The translations under genes were made by a program, and so were the position numbers. Positions 16,025-23,673 of a DNA stretch of 48,234 nucleotides are shown here, one piece after another. Location: contig JANPOH010000542.1 of NCBI GenBank assembly GCA_031427895.1, forward strand, positions 1-48,234, written 5' to 3'. The stretch comes from Betaproteobacteria bacterium (GTDB lineage Bacteria; Pseudomonadota; Gammaproteobacteria; Burkholderiales; SG8-41). Below the pieces are notes generated by a model, which did not search any database, was not told the DNA's origin, and saw nothing but the letters and a program-made list of their open reading frames with translations. Each line of letters starts with the position of its first letter. Positions within the stretch are counted from its first letter, which is position 1.

Positions 16025-16037
16025 GTATCTGTTTTTA
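16022..16037 (+). repeat. AT-rich dispersed repeat copy (core TAAGTATTTGTTTTTA)
   Basis: TAAGTATCTGTTTTTA, 1 mismatch, followed by TTGGCTATTTTATGGATTATTTTTGATCCGG. Sits exactly between the two convergent MFS fragments and covers both stop codons. Confidence 0.85.
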
Positions 16038-16046
16038 TTGGCTATT

Positions 16047-16701
16047 TTATGGATTATTTTTGATCCGGTTCTTGCGCTGCAACAACACCCCGCCCGCCGC
16101 CAGCATCGCCGCGTTCGACACAAACACCGGCGCGAAGCCGAACGCCGTGCCGAGGCTGCCGAAAAACAACGGGATAAACAGGTGCGCGACGTTGTTGACC
16201 ATCACCCTGATCCCCGCGGCTTCGGAGGTTCTGCCCGCAGGCGCCAGGACGTAGATCAGTGACATCGACATCGGCTGGCCGCTGCCCACGCCGATGCCCA
16301 GAATGAACGCGGCCAGCGCCAGCAGCCACGGGTTGGCAAAAAACGGAAACAGCACGAAGGAGAACGCGGCGATGAAGGTGGCCAGCGCGAAAGTGGCAAG
16401 CACCGCGCCGATCACCGAGGCGGACAATCCCAGCGAGTGCCCGTAGATCGGAAAATAAAACTGGAACAAATCCCACGCCGGCGGTGCCTGCCATCATCGG
16501 CCCGCGCGGCCCCAGCCGGTCGGCGAGGCGGCCCGCATAGATGGCAAAGAGCAGCGGGCAGATCGCGTACAGCGCCATCAGCACGCCGATGGAAAACTGG
16601 CTCGCCCCCAGCTCCAGCGCATACAGCGACATCACCATGCGGCTGCCGCTAAAGCACGCATGATTCAGCAGGCACAGCAGCGCGATCAGGTAGATGGGCA
16701 T
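16047..16701 (-). pseudogene. MFS transporter remnant (internal deletion of several TM helices plus frame change)
   Basis: The N-terminal helices sit in the frame of ORF 16054..16791, from ATG 16701 (MPIYLIALLCLLNHACFSGSRMVMSLYALELGASQFSIGVLMALYAICPLLFAIYAGRLADRLGPRGPMMAG). The C-terminal half sits in the frame of ORF 16047..16469 (FQFYFPIYGHSLGLSASVIGAVL...). The junction is near 16470-16490. Total length is about 217 codons versus about 400 for an intact MFS protein. Confidence 0.7.
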
Positions 16702-16721
16702 GAATTCCGCGCGGCGGCGCG

Positions 16722-17705
16722 TTAGTTGCTGATCGATGCGCCGATCGAAAGGTAGTGTATGGAAAACAATTGTTCCGCATCCGTCCAGCAATGCGCGGCG
16801 GTAAACCCGGCGTCGCGCGCAAGCTGCTGGAATTCTTCAACCGAATACTTGCAGGAATTTTCGGTATGTATGGTCTCGCCCGCACTGAAGTGAAAGGCCT
16901 GTCCCGCCACGCTGACCTGCTGCTCGCGCAGGCTGCGTAGATGCATTTCGATGCGTCCTTCGCTTTCGTCGTAGAACGCATGATGCTCGAAGGCGCCCAC
17001 GCCGAAGTTGCCGTTCAGCTCGCGGTTGATGCGCGTCAGCAGATTCAGATTGAATGCGGCGGTCACGCCTTGCGCGTCGTTGTAGGCCGCATGCAGGCGC
17101 GCGGGGTCTTTTTTCAGATCAACGCCCACCAGCATGGCGCCGCCCGGCCCGGCGACAGCATGCACGTGGCGCAGAAAGGCCAGCGCCTCCGGCCGGGTGA
17201 AATTGCCGATGGTTGAACCAGGAAAATAAATCACGCGCCGCAGCGGCTGTACGCCCTCGATCGTCGGCAACGGCAACGGGCGTGCGTAGTCGGCGCACAC
17301 CGCCGCCACGCGCACGCCCGGATAGGCCGCCGCCAGTTCCCCCGCGCAATGCCGCAAGGCGGTGCGCGAGATGTCGATGGCCATGTACGCCACCGGCGCC
17401 AGCGCCTCGATCAGCACGCGCGTTTTGCGCCCGGAACCGGCGCCGTATTCGATCAGCAGACATTGCGGCCCCAGCACGCGCGCCATCTCGGCGGCGCCGG
17501 CCTGCATCATCGCCAGTTCGGTGCGGGTGGGGTAGTACTCGGGCAGCGCGCAGATGGCTTCGAATAATTCGCTGCCGCGCGCATCGTAAAAATATTTGGG
17601 CGGCAGCCATTTGCGCGGCTGGGCCAGCCCGCTCAACACGTCGCCGCGCAGATTTTCAGTATCGGGATGAAGATCGTGAAACAGGAAGTCGGTGCGCGAG
17701 GGCAT
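16722..17705 (-). CDS. egtD: L-histidine N-alpha-methyltransferase (EgtD family)
   Basis: ORF track. KWLPPKYFYDARGSELFEAICALPEYYPTRTE, EYGAGSGRKTR, YFPGSTIGNF, AYNDAQGVTAAFNLNLL and IHTENSCKYS match the EgtD/DUF2260 methyltransferase pattern. Confidence 0.8.
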   Translation of the reverse strand: MPSRTDFLFHDLHPDTENLRGDVLSGLAQPRKWLPPKYFYDARGSELFEAICALPEYYPTRTELAMMQAGAAEMARVLGPQCLLIEYGAGSGRKTRVLIEALAPVAYMAIDISRTALRHCAGELAAAYPGVRVAAVCADYARPLPLPTIEGVQPLRRVIYFPGSTIGNFTRPEALAFLRHVHAVAGPGGAMLVGVDLKKDPARLHAAYNDAQGVTAAFNLNLLTRINRELNGNFGVGAFEHHAFYDESEGRIEMHLRSLREQQVSVAGQAFHFSAGETIHTENSCKYSVEEFQQLARDAGFTAAHCWTDAEQLFSIHYLSIGASISN

Positions 17706-17756
17706 GGTGCGGGCGGTGAGAGTTGCAACCGCGCGAGCCTAACACGAGGCCAGGAT

Positions 17757-18737
17757 TTAGCCGGCGTGCATCCGCCCGGCGTGGTATTCGATCCATTTTC
17801 GGATGCGATTGGCGTCGCCGGAGCGGCTCAGGCGCCCCCACGAATCGAGCAGCACGATCACCACCGGCGCGCCCGCGATCACCGTTTGCATCACCAGGCA
17901 GCGGCCTGCTTCGCGGATGTAACCCGTTTTGGACAACTCGATGTTCCACTCCGGGCTGGGAATCAAGGCGTTGGTATTGCGAAATTCCAGCGTGCGGCCG
18001 CTGACGGTTTGCACGGCGTAGCCGTTGCCGGTGGAATACTGCCGGATCAACGGGTACTGATGAGCGGCGCTCACCAGCTTCGCCAGATCCTGCGCCGTGG
18101 ACACGTTGCCGCTGGACAACCCCGTACTATCGACAAACGAACTGTGCATCATGTCGAGGGTGATCGCCTTGAGGTTCATTTCGCGCACAAACGCGGCGGC
18201 GCCGCCGGGGTAGGCGCGCGCCAGCGCCGATGCGGTGCGGTTTTCCGAGGACATCAATGCCAGCCGCAGCATTTCATCACGAGTGAGCATGGTGCCGATC
18301 TGCAAACGCGAGCCGGTGTTCTTGACGTGATCGAGATCGTCTTCTGTCAGGACTATCGATTCATCGAGCGGCAATTTGGCATCGAGCACCACCATCGCGG
18401 TCATCAACTTGGTGATCGAGGCGATGGGCGCCACGGCACTGACGTTCTTGTTGTAAATCACGCTGCCGCTTTGCATATTCACCACCAGCGCGGCGCTGGA
18501 TTGAATATCCAGCACGTCGGGATTAAAGACTTCGGGCGGGGGCGGCGCGGCACGTTTTACCACGCGCACGTTTTTGCCGGGGCGTGCCACGGCGCGCGGC
18601 GCGGCCTTGGCGGCAGGTTTCGCGGCAGGCTTGGCCTTGGTAGCCACCGTGGTCAGCTTGCCATCCGCTTGGCGCGCCACGGCGTGACCGCTCACCCCAA
18701 AAACGCATAGCAGCAACACGAAACAGAACCGGATCAC
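17757..18737 (-). CDS. pbpG: D-alanyl-D-alanine endopeptidase (PBP7/PbpG-like, S11 family)
   Basis: ORF track (GTG start). Signal peptide and Ala/Lys/Pro-rich linker. Active-site motifs SITK, SENR and KTGY in the correct order and spacing. Confidence 0.85.
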   Translation of the reverse strand: MIRFCFVLLLCVFGVSGHAVARQADGKLTTVATKAKPAAKPAAKAAPRAVARPGKNVRVVKRAAPPPPEVFNPDVLDIQSSAALVVNMQSGSVIYNKNVSAVAPIASITKLMTAMVVLDAKLPLDESIVLTEDDLDHVKNTGSRLQIGTMLTRDEMLRLALMSSENRTASALARAYPGGAAAFVREMNLKAITLDMMHSSFVDSTGLSSGNVSTAQDLAKLVSAAHQYPLIRQYSTGNGYAVQTVSGRTLEFRNTNALIPSPEWNIELSKTGYIREAGRCLVMQTVIAGAPVVIVLLDSWGRLSRSGDANRIRKWIEYHAGRMHAG

Positions 18738-18759
18738 CTTGCCTCCGAAAGCATAATGT

Positions 18760-18775
18760 CCTGTAAAAATACAGG
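18760..18775. promoter_or_regulatory. perfect palindrome CCTGTA-AAAA-TACAGG in a divergent promoter region
   Basis: Seen directly, 23 nt upstream of the pbpG start and 109 nt upstream of the response-regulator start. Candidate operator only; no cognate factor is known to me. Confidence 0.25.
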
Positions 18776-18883
18776 GTTACAGCACTTAATTCAAGTATTT
18801 TCGGTGTGGCGTTTTCGGTAATTGCTCCGAATACACTGGATTGGCGGACATCGGGCCATTTCACGCGGTGTTATCCTTGCCGT

Positions 18884-19555
18884 ATGCGTATCTTGATTGC
18901 AGAAGACGACCCCGTATTGGCCGACGGCCTCACCCGTTCGCTGCGCCAGGGCGAATATGCGGTTGACTGCGTGAACAACGGCGTTGATGCCGATCACGCA
19001 TTGTCCTCGCAGGTTTATGATCTGGCTATTCTGGATCTCGGCCTGCCGCGGCTGGACGGGTTCGAGGTGTTAAAGCGGCTGCGGCGGCGCGCCTCGGCCA
19101 TACCGGTGCTGATATTGACCGCGCGCGACGCGCTGATGGATCGCGTGCGCGGTCTTGATCTGGGCGCCGACGACTATATGACCAAGCCGTTCGAACTGCC
19201 CGAACTGGAAGCACGGGTGCGCGCGTTGATCCGGCGCGGACAGACCGGCGGCGGCTCGACGATATCGCACGGGAAATTGAAGCTCGACACCGCAGGGCGG
19301 CGCGTGACGGTGGACGAGCAGCCGCTCGAGCTATCGGCGCGCGAACTGGGCATGCTTGAAATATTGATGATGCGCTCCGGCAGAGTGGTCAGCAAAGATC
19401 AGTTGACGGAGAAACTCTACAGTTGGGACAAGGATGTCGGCGCCAACGCGATTGAAGTGTGCGTGCATCGCCTGCGTAAGAAAATCGAACCCGCCGGCGT
19501 GACCATACGCACCATCCGCGGTCTCGGCTATTTGCTCGAGAAAGAGTCCGTGTGA
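18884..19555 (+). CDS. OmpR-family response regulator (TctD/QseB-like)
   Basis: Inside ORF 18806..19555; ATG at 18884 gives MRILIAEDDPVLADGL.... Phospho-acceptor context ILDLGLPRLDG, KPF, and winged helix IRTIRGLGYLL. The stop overlaps the kinase GTG (GTGA). Confidence 0.9.
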   Translation: MRILIAEDDPVLADGLTRSLRQGEYAVDCVNNGVDADHALSSQVYDLAILDLGLPRLDGFEVLKRLRRRASAIPVLILTARDALMDRVRGLDLGADDYMTKPFELPELEARVRALIRRGQTGGGSTISHGKLKLDTAGRRVTVDEQPLELSARELGMLEILMMRSGRVVSKDQLTEKLYSWDKDVGANAIEVCVHRLRKKIEPAGVTIRTIRGLGYLLEKESV

Positions 19556-20940
19556 GCGCACGCACCACGTTACGCCGCCAGGTGCTGGCGTGGGTGTCCA
19601 TTCCGCTCGGCATACTGTGGCTGGTCAGCGCGTTCAGCGACTACGACATCGCCAAACGTTTTGTCACCGTGGCCTACGACCGCGCGCTGCTCGAGTCGGC
19701 GCTGGATATCGGACGCCAGATAAAAGTGCTGCGCGGGCGCGTGTACGTGGATTTGCCCGAAGTGGTGGTGCAGATGCTGCGCACGCGCGAGTCAGGCCAG
19801 TTTTATTATCTGGTCACCGGGCCGGATAACGAATACATCACCGGCGAGCCGGATCTCAAGCCCTCGAAAACCACGCCGTCGGGACAAGCGGCCTACTACA
19901 ACGACACCTACCGCGATCAGGCGATTCGCGTCGCGGTCATCAATTTGCCGGTGGAAACGGAAGAAGTGCGCGGCCAGGTCACGGTGCAGGTCGCCGAGAC
20001 GCTGTCACCGCGCACCGATCTGCTGCGCGAGGTGTTGTTGAGAATGGCGCTACCGCAGGCGCTGCTGGCGATTCTGGCCGGCGTGGTGATCTGGTTCGCC
20101 GTCGCCCGCGGGCTCGCGCCGCTGGCCGCCCTGCGACGTGAGATCGAACAGCGCTCGCATCGCGATCTATCCGCGCTGTCGGTCGCCAATGTGCCGGCCG
20201 AGGTGCGCCCGCTGGTCGAATCGACCAACAGTTTGCTGCAACGCCTGAGTACGGTGCTGTCCGCGCAACAGCGCTTTATCGCCGATGCCGCGCACCAGTT
20301 ACGCACGCCCATCGCGGGCCTGCGTACCCAGACCGAGCTGGCCCGCCGGCAGACCTCGCCCGCCGACGTGCAAACCGCGCTGGCGCAACTGCAAACCGCC
20401 GCCGAACGCACCACCCACCTGGTCAATCAACTGCTGTCGCTGGCACGCGCGGAACCGGCGGCGGCACACGCGCAACCGACGGAACAACTCGACCTCGGCG
20501 CGCTGGCGCGCGAGGTCACCACTGAATGCGTGCCGCCGGCGCTGGCGCGCGGGATCGACCTCGGTTTCGAAGGCGAAGACGGCCTGCCGTTGATCGCGGG
20601 CGACGCCTTTCTGCTGCGCGAGATGCTCGCCAACCTCATCCATAATGCGATCCGCTACACCCAGCCGGGCGGGCACGTGACCGTGCGCGCGTCGTACGAA
20701 CACGCAAGCAGTCATCTGCTGCTGTGCGTGGAGGACAACGGCCCCGGCATTCCAGAGGCCGAACGCGAAGCGGTGCTGGAGCGCTTTCATCGCGTGCTGG
20801 GCACGGGGGTGGAGGGCGCCGGATTGGGACTGTCCATCGCGCGCGACATCGTGACGCGCCACGGCGGGCAGATTCGCCTGTTGTCCGGCAAGGACAATCA
20901 GGGCACGCTGGCGCGGGTGACGCTGCCAGTGTCAGCCTGA
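19552..20940 (+). CDS. two-component sensor histidine kinase (TctE-like N-terminal sensor domain)
   Basis: ORF track. N-terminal LAWVSIPLGILWLVSAFSDYDIAKRFVTVAYDRALLESALDI resembles the 2CSK_N domain. H-box FIADAAHQLRTPIAGL, N-box NLIHNAIRYT, G-boxes DNGPGI and GAGLGLSIA. Confidence 0.9.
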   Translation: MSARTTLRRQVLAWVSIPLGILWLVSAFSDYDIAKRFVTVAYDRALLESALDIGRQIKVLRGRVYVDLPEVVVQMLRTRESGQFYYLVTGPDNEYITGEPDLKPSKTTPSGQAAYYNDTYRDQAIRVAVINLPVETEEVRGQVTVQVAETLSPRTDLLREVLLRMALPQALLAILAGVVIWFAVARGLAPLAALRREIEQRSHRDLSALSVANVPAEVRPLVESTNSLLQRLSTVLSAQQRFIADAAHQLRTPIAGLRTQTELARRQTSPADVQTALAQLQTAAERTTHLVNQLLSLARAEPAAAHAQPTEQLDLGALAREVTTECVPPALARGIDLGFEGEDGLPLIAGDAFLLREMLANLIHNAIRYTQPGGHVTVRASYEHASSHLLLCVEDNGPGIPEAEREAVLERFHRVLGTGVEGAGLGLSIARDIVTRHGGQIRLLSGKDNQGTLARVTLPVSA

Positions 20941-20951
20941 AACCGTTCAGG
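20936..20951. terminator. short hairpin CCTGAA-ACCG-TTCAGG shared by two convergent stop codons
   Basis: 6-bp stem seen directly, spanning the kinase TGA (20938-20940) and the ABC gene TGA (20947-20949). No U-tract, so terminator function is doubtful. Confidence 0.25.
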
Positions 20952-22776
20952 CCCGGGTAGCGTCTTTTTGCTCTTCCTGTTGCTGCAGCGCCCACATCTG
21001 GGCGTAAACGCCGGCGCGCTCCAGCAACTCACGATGGGCGCCGCGCTCAATGATGCGCCCATGATCCATCACCAGTATCTGATCGGCGTCCATCACGGTG
21101 GACAGGCGGTGCGCGATCACCAGCGTGGTGTGTCCGCGCGCGATGCGTTCGAGTTCTTCCTGTATGGCGTTTTCCGATTTGGAATCCAGCGCCGAGGTGG
21201 CTTCGTCAAAAATCAGAATGCGCGGATTTTTCAGAATCGCGCGCGCGATGGCCACGCGCTGCTTTTCGCCGCCCGATAACTTCAGCCCACGCTCGCCCAC
21301 CGGCGATTCGTACCCTTCCGGCAGACTTTCGATGAAGTCATGGATGTGCGCCGCGCGCGCCGCCTCCAGCACTTCTTCCCGCGCGGCGCTGGTGCGGCCA
21401 TAGTGTATGTTGTAGTAAATGGTGTCGTTAAACAGCACGGTGTCCTGCGGCACGATGCCGATGGCGGCGCGCAAGCTGCTCTGCCGCACCTCGCGAATGT
21501 CGGCATTGTTTACGTGTACGGCGCCGCCGTTCACGTCATAAAAACGATACAGCAACCGCGCCAGCGTCGATTTGCCGGAGCCGCTGTGCCCCACCACCGC
21601 CACCTTGTGACCCGCCGGTATTTCAAAGCTCACGTCAAACAGGATTTGCCGTTCGGGCTCGTAGCTGAAATTCACGTGCTCAAACCGCACGGTCGCGGGC
21701 GCGTCGTCCAGCGGCTGCGCGCCGGGCTTGTCCTGAATTTCACGGTTTTCCTCAAGCAGGCGAAACATGCGATCCATGTCGATCAGTGATTGCTTGATCT
21801 CGCGATAGGCCATGCCGAGGAAATTCAGCGGGATATAGAGTTGGATCAACAACGCGTTCACCAGCACCAGATCACCCAGCGTCAGCGTTTTCGCCGCCAC
21901 GCCCTGCGCGGCGAACACCATCAGCGTGGTGGCGGCAACCGCGATAATCGCGCTCTGGCCGATGTTGAGCCCGCCCAGCGAGGCCTCGGTTTTTACCGCC
22001 GCCGCTTCGTAGCTGGTGAGATTGGCGTCGTAGCGTTGCGCCTCGAACGCTTCGTTATTGAAATATTTGACGGTCTCGTAATTGAGCAGGCTATCGACGG
22101 CGCGCGTATTGGCCTTCGAGTCCAGCTCGTTGGCGCGACGGCGAATCGCGGTGCGCCATTCGGTGATCGAAATCGTGAACACGATATACGCTGCTACCGC
22201 GCCGAACGTGACCGCGACGAAGCGCCAGTCAAAGCGCGCGAACAGCACCGCCGCCACCAGTAGAAACTCCAGGATCACCGGAATAATCGAAAACAGCATG
22301 AACGACAGCAGCGTGGAAATGCCGCGCGTGCCGCGCTCGATGTCGCGCGTCATGCCGCCGGTTTGCCGGTTCAAATGAAACCGCAGCGACAAGCTGTGCA
22401 GGTGGCGGAACACGTCCAGCGCGACACGGCGCACCGCGCGCTGCGCGACGCGCACGAACACCATGTCGCGCAATTCGGCGAACAGCGTATTGGCAAAGCG
22501 CAGCACGCCATACGCCACCAGCAGCACTATCGGCACGGCAAGCACCTGCTGCGCGGGCGTCAGATCATCGACGATGCCCTTCATCAACAGCGGCACGCCG
22601 ACGTTGGCGAGCTTGGCGGCCACCAGAAAACTCAGCGCGATCGCGACGCGGCCTTTGTATTCCCACAAAAACGGCAACAGCGTGGGCACCACGCGCCATT
22701 CGTTGCGCGCGTGCGATTTGCCGCCGGTCGCCGGTGCCGGAGCGGCATCGGCGCCAGCGTGGCCGTGAGCGCTCAT
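20947..22776 (-). CDS. ABC transporter permease/ATPase fusion, Atm1/ABCB7-type exporter
   Basis: ORF track, 609 aa. Six-helix TMD followed by an NBD with Walker A GHSGSGKST, signature LSGGEKQR and Walker B ILIFDEATSALD. The N-terminal LWEYKGRVAIALSFLVAAKLANVGVPLLMKGIVD resembles Atm1/AtmA-type exporters. Confidence 0.9.
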   Translation of the reverse strand: MSAHGHAGADAAPAPATGGKSHARNEWRVVPTLLPFLWEYKGRVAIALSFLVAAKLANVGVPLLMKGIVDDLTPAQQVLAVPIVLLVAYGVLRFANTLFAELRDMVFVRVAQRAVRRVALDVFRHLHSLSLRFHLNRQTGGMTRDIERGTRGISTLLSFMLFSIIPVILEFLLVAAVLFARFDWRFVAVTFGAVAAYIVFTISITEWRTAIRRRANELDSKANTRAVDSLLNYETVKYFNNEAFEAQRYDANLTSYEAAAVKTEASLGGLNIGQSAIIAVAATTLMVFAAQGVAAKTLTLGDLVLVNALLIQLYIPLNFLGMAYREIKQSLIDMDRMFRLLEENREIQDKPGAQPLDDAPATVRFEHVNFSYEPERQILFDVSFEIPAGHKVAVVGHSGSGKSTLARLLYRFYDVNGGAVHVNNADIREVRQSSLRAAIGIVPQDTVLFNDTIYYNIHYGRTSAAREEVLEAARAAHIHDFIESLPEGYESPVGERGLKLSGGEKQRVAIARAILKNPRILIFDEATSALDSKSENAIQEELERIARGHTTLVIAHRLSTVMDADQILVMDHGRIIERGAHRELLERAGVYAQMWALQQQEEQKDATRA

Positions 22777-22827
22777 GGTCGCCGCCCGCGGTTGCGGTTG
22801 AGAAGGGTCATATTATTATATTCTCAA

Positions 22828-22843
22828 TAAAAACAAATAGTTA
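22828..22843 (-). repeat. AT-rich dispersed repeat copy (core TAAGTATTTGTTTTTA)
   Basis: Minus strand reads TAACTATTTGTTTTTA, 1 mismatch, followed by TTGAGAATATAATAATATGACCC. Overlaps the EEP gene stop codon (22841-22843) and lies 51 nt upstream of the ABC gene ATG, in sense orientation. Confidence 0.85.
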
Positions 22844-23620
22844 CAATAAACTTAAGTCACACGTCAAGGCACGATGATCGGAACTGTGGCGCCATCCCCG
22901 GCCGCGCTGCACGCTGGCCCCGCGCACGCGAAAGCCTCGGACATAAATGCGGTCCAGCCGCAGCAAAGGCAAGAGCGCCGGGAAACTGAGCGCGGGCCTG
23001 CCGCCATCCGCCTCGAACACTTCCTGCATGTTCAGCGGATGCGCGAACTCGTGGGCGGCGCGATGCCGCCAGTGCCAGTCGTTAAAATCACCCGCCACGA
23101 TCAGCGGCGCATTCGCGGGCACCATGCGTTCGACCCGTTGGCGCAGATGCTCCAGTTGACGACCGCGCCCGCGCGCGGTCAACGCCAGATGCACGCACAC
23201 GCAGTGCAGCGGCTCGGGCCAGCCCGGCACGCCGATTTCGGCGTGCAACAAGCCGCGGCTTTCAAAACGATGGGAGGATACGTCCTGATTTTCCCAACGC
23301 AATATTGCAAAGCGGGAGAGTATCGCGTTGCCGTGGTCGCCGCCGTCATACACCGCGTTGCGTCCGTAGGCGTGATCCTGCCACACCTCGTCGGCAAGAA
23401 ACTCGTGCTGCGCCTGGCTCGGCCAGTTGCCGTGCCGCAGGGCGTGGGCGTCATGCCGGCCCGACACTTCATGCAAAAAAACAATATCCGCTTGCAGCGC
23501 GCGCTACAGCTCGCGCAGCGCATGGATCACCAGGCGGCGGTTGAAAATCGACAGCCCCTTGTGAATGTTGAAGGTCGCGACGCGCAGTTGTCCGGCGGGC
23601 GCCGGGTTGTTGCCGTGCAT
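22841..23620 (-). pseudogene. endonuclease/exonuclease/phosphatase (EEP) family gene interrupted by an in-frame TAG
   Basis: ORF track 22841..23476 covers only the distal part (HEVSGRH...AGDFNDW...SDHRALTCDLSLL). The same frame continues upstream to ATG 23620 (MHGNNPAPAGQLRVATFNIHKGLSIFNRRLVIHALREL*RALQADIVFLHEV). That stretch is the conserved EEP N-terminus (TFN.H.G...ADIV.LQEV) and contains TAG at 23506-23504. Confidence 0.75.
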
Positions 23621-23621
23621 T

Positions 23622-23657
23622 TACAAAAACGGCGTGCTGCGCGCGCGGCACGCTGTT
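23622..23657 (-). terminator. putative intrinsic terminator downstream of nadA
   Basis: Minus strand reads AACAGCGTGC-CGCGCGCGCA-GCACGCCGTT followed by TTTTTGTAA. GC-rich stem with one mismatch and a U-tract, 17 nt after the nadA stop. The U-tract runs straight into the EEP ATG. Confidence 0.45.
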
Positions 23658-23673
23658 GCCGAAACAAAAAATT

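Noticed and set aside
18761-18774. Possible LexA SOS box (CTGT...ACAG) upstream of pbpG. I also looked for SOS boxes upstream of uvrA (31377-31433) and ssb (30123-30140).
   Set aside because: The spacing here is CTGT-N6-ACAG, not the N8 of the beta/gammaproteobacterial LexA consensus. I saw no CTGT-N8-ACAG in the uvrA or ssb upstream regions.
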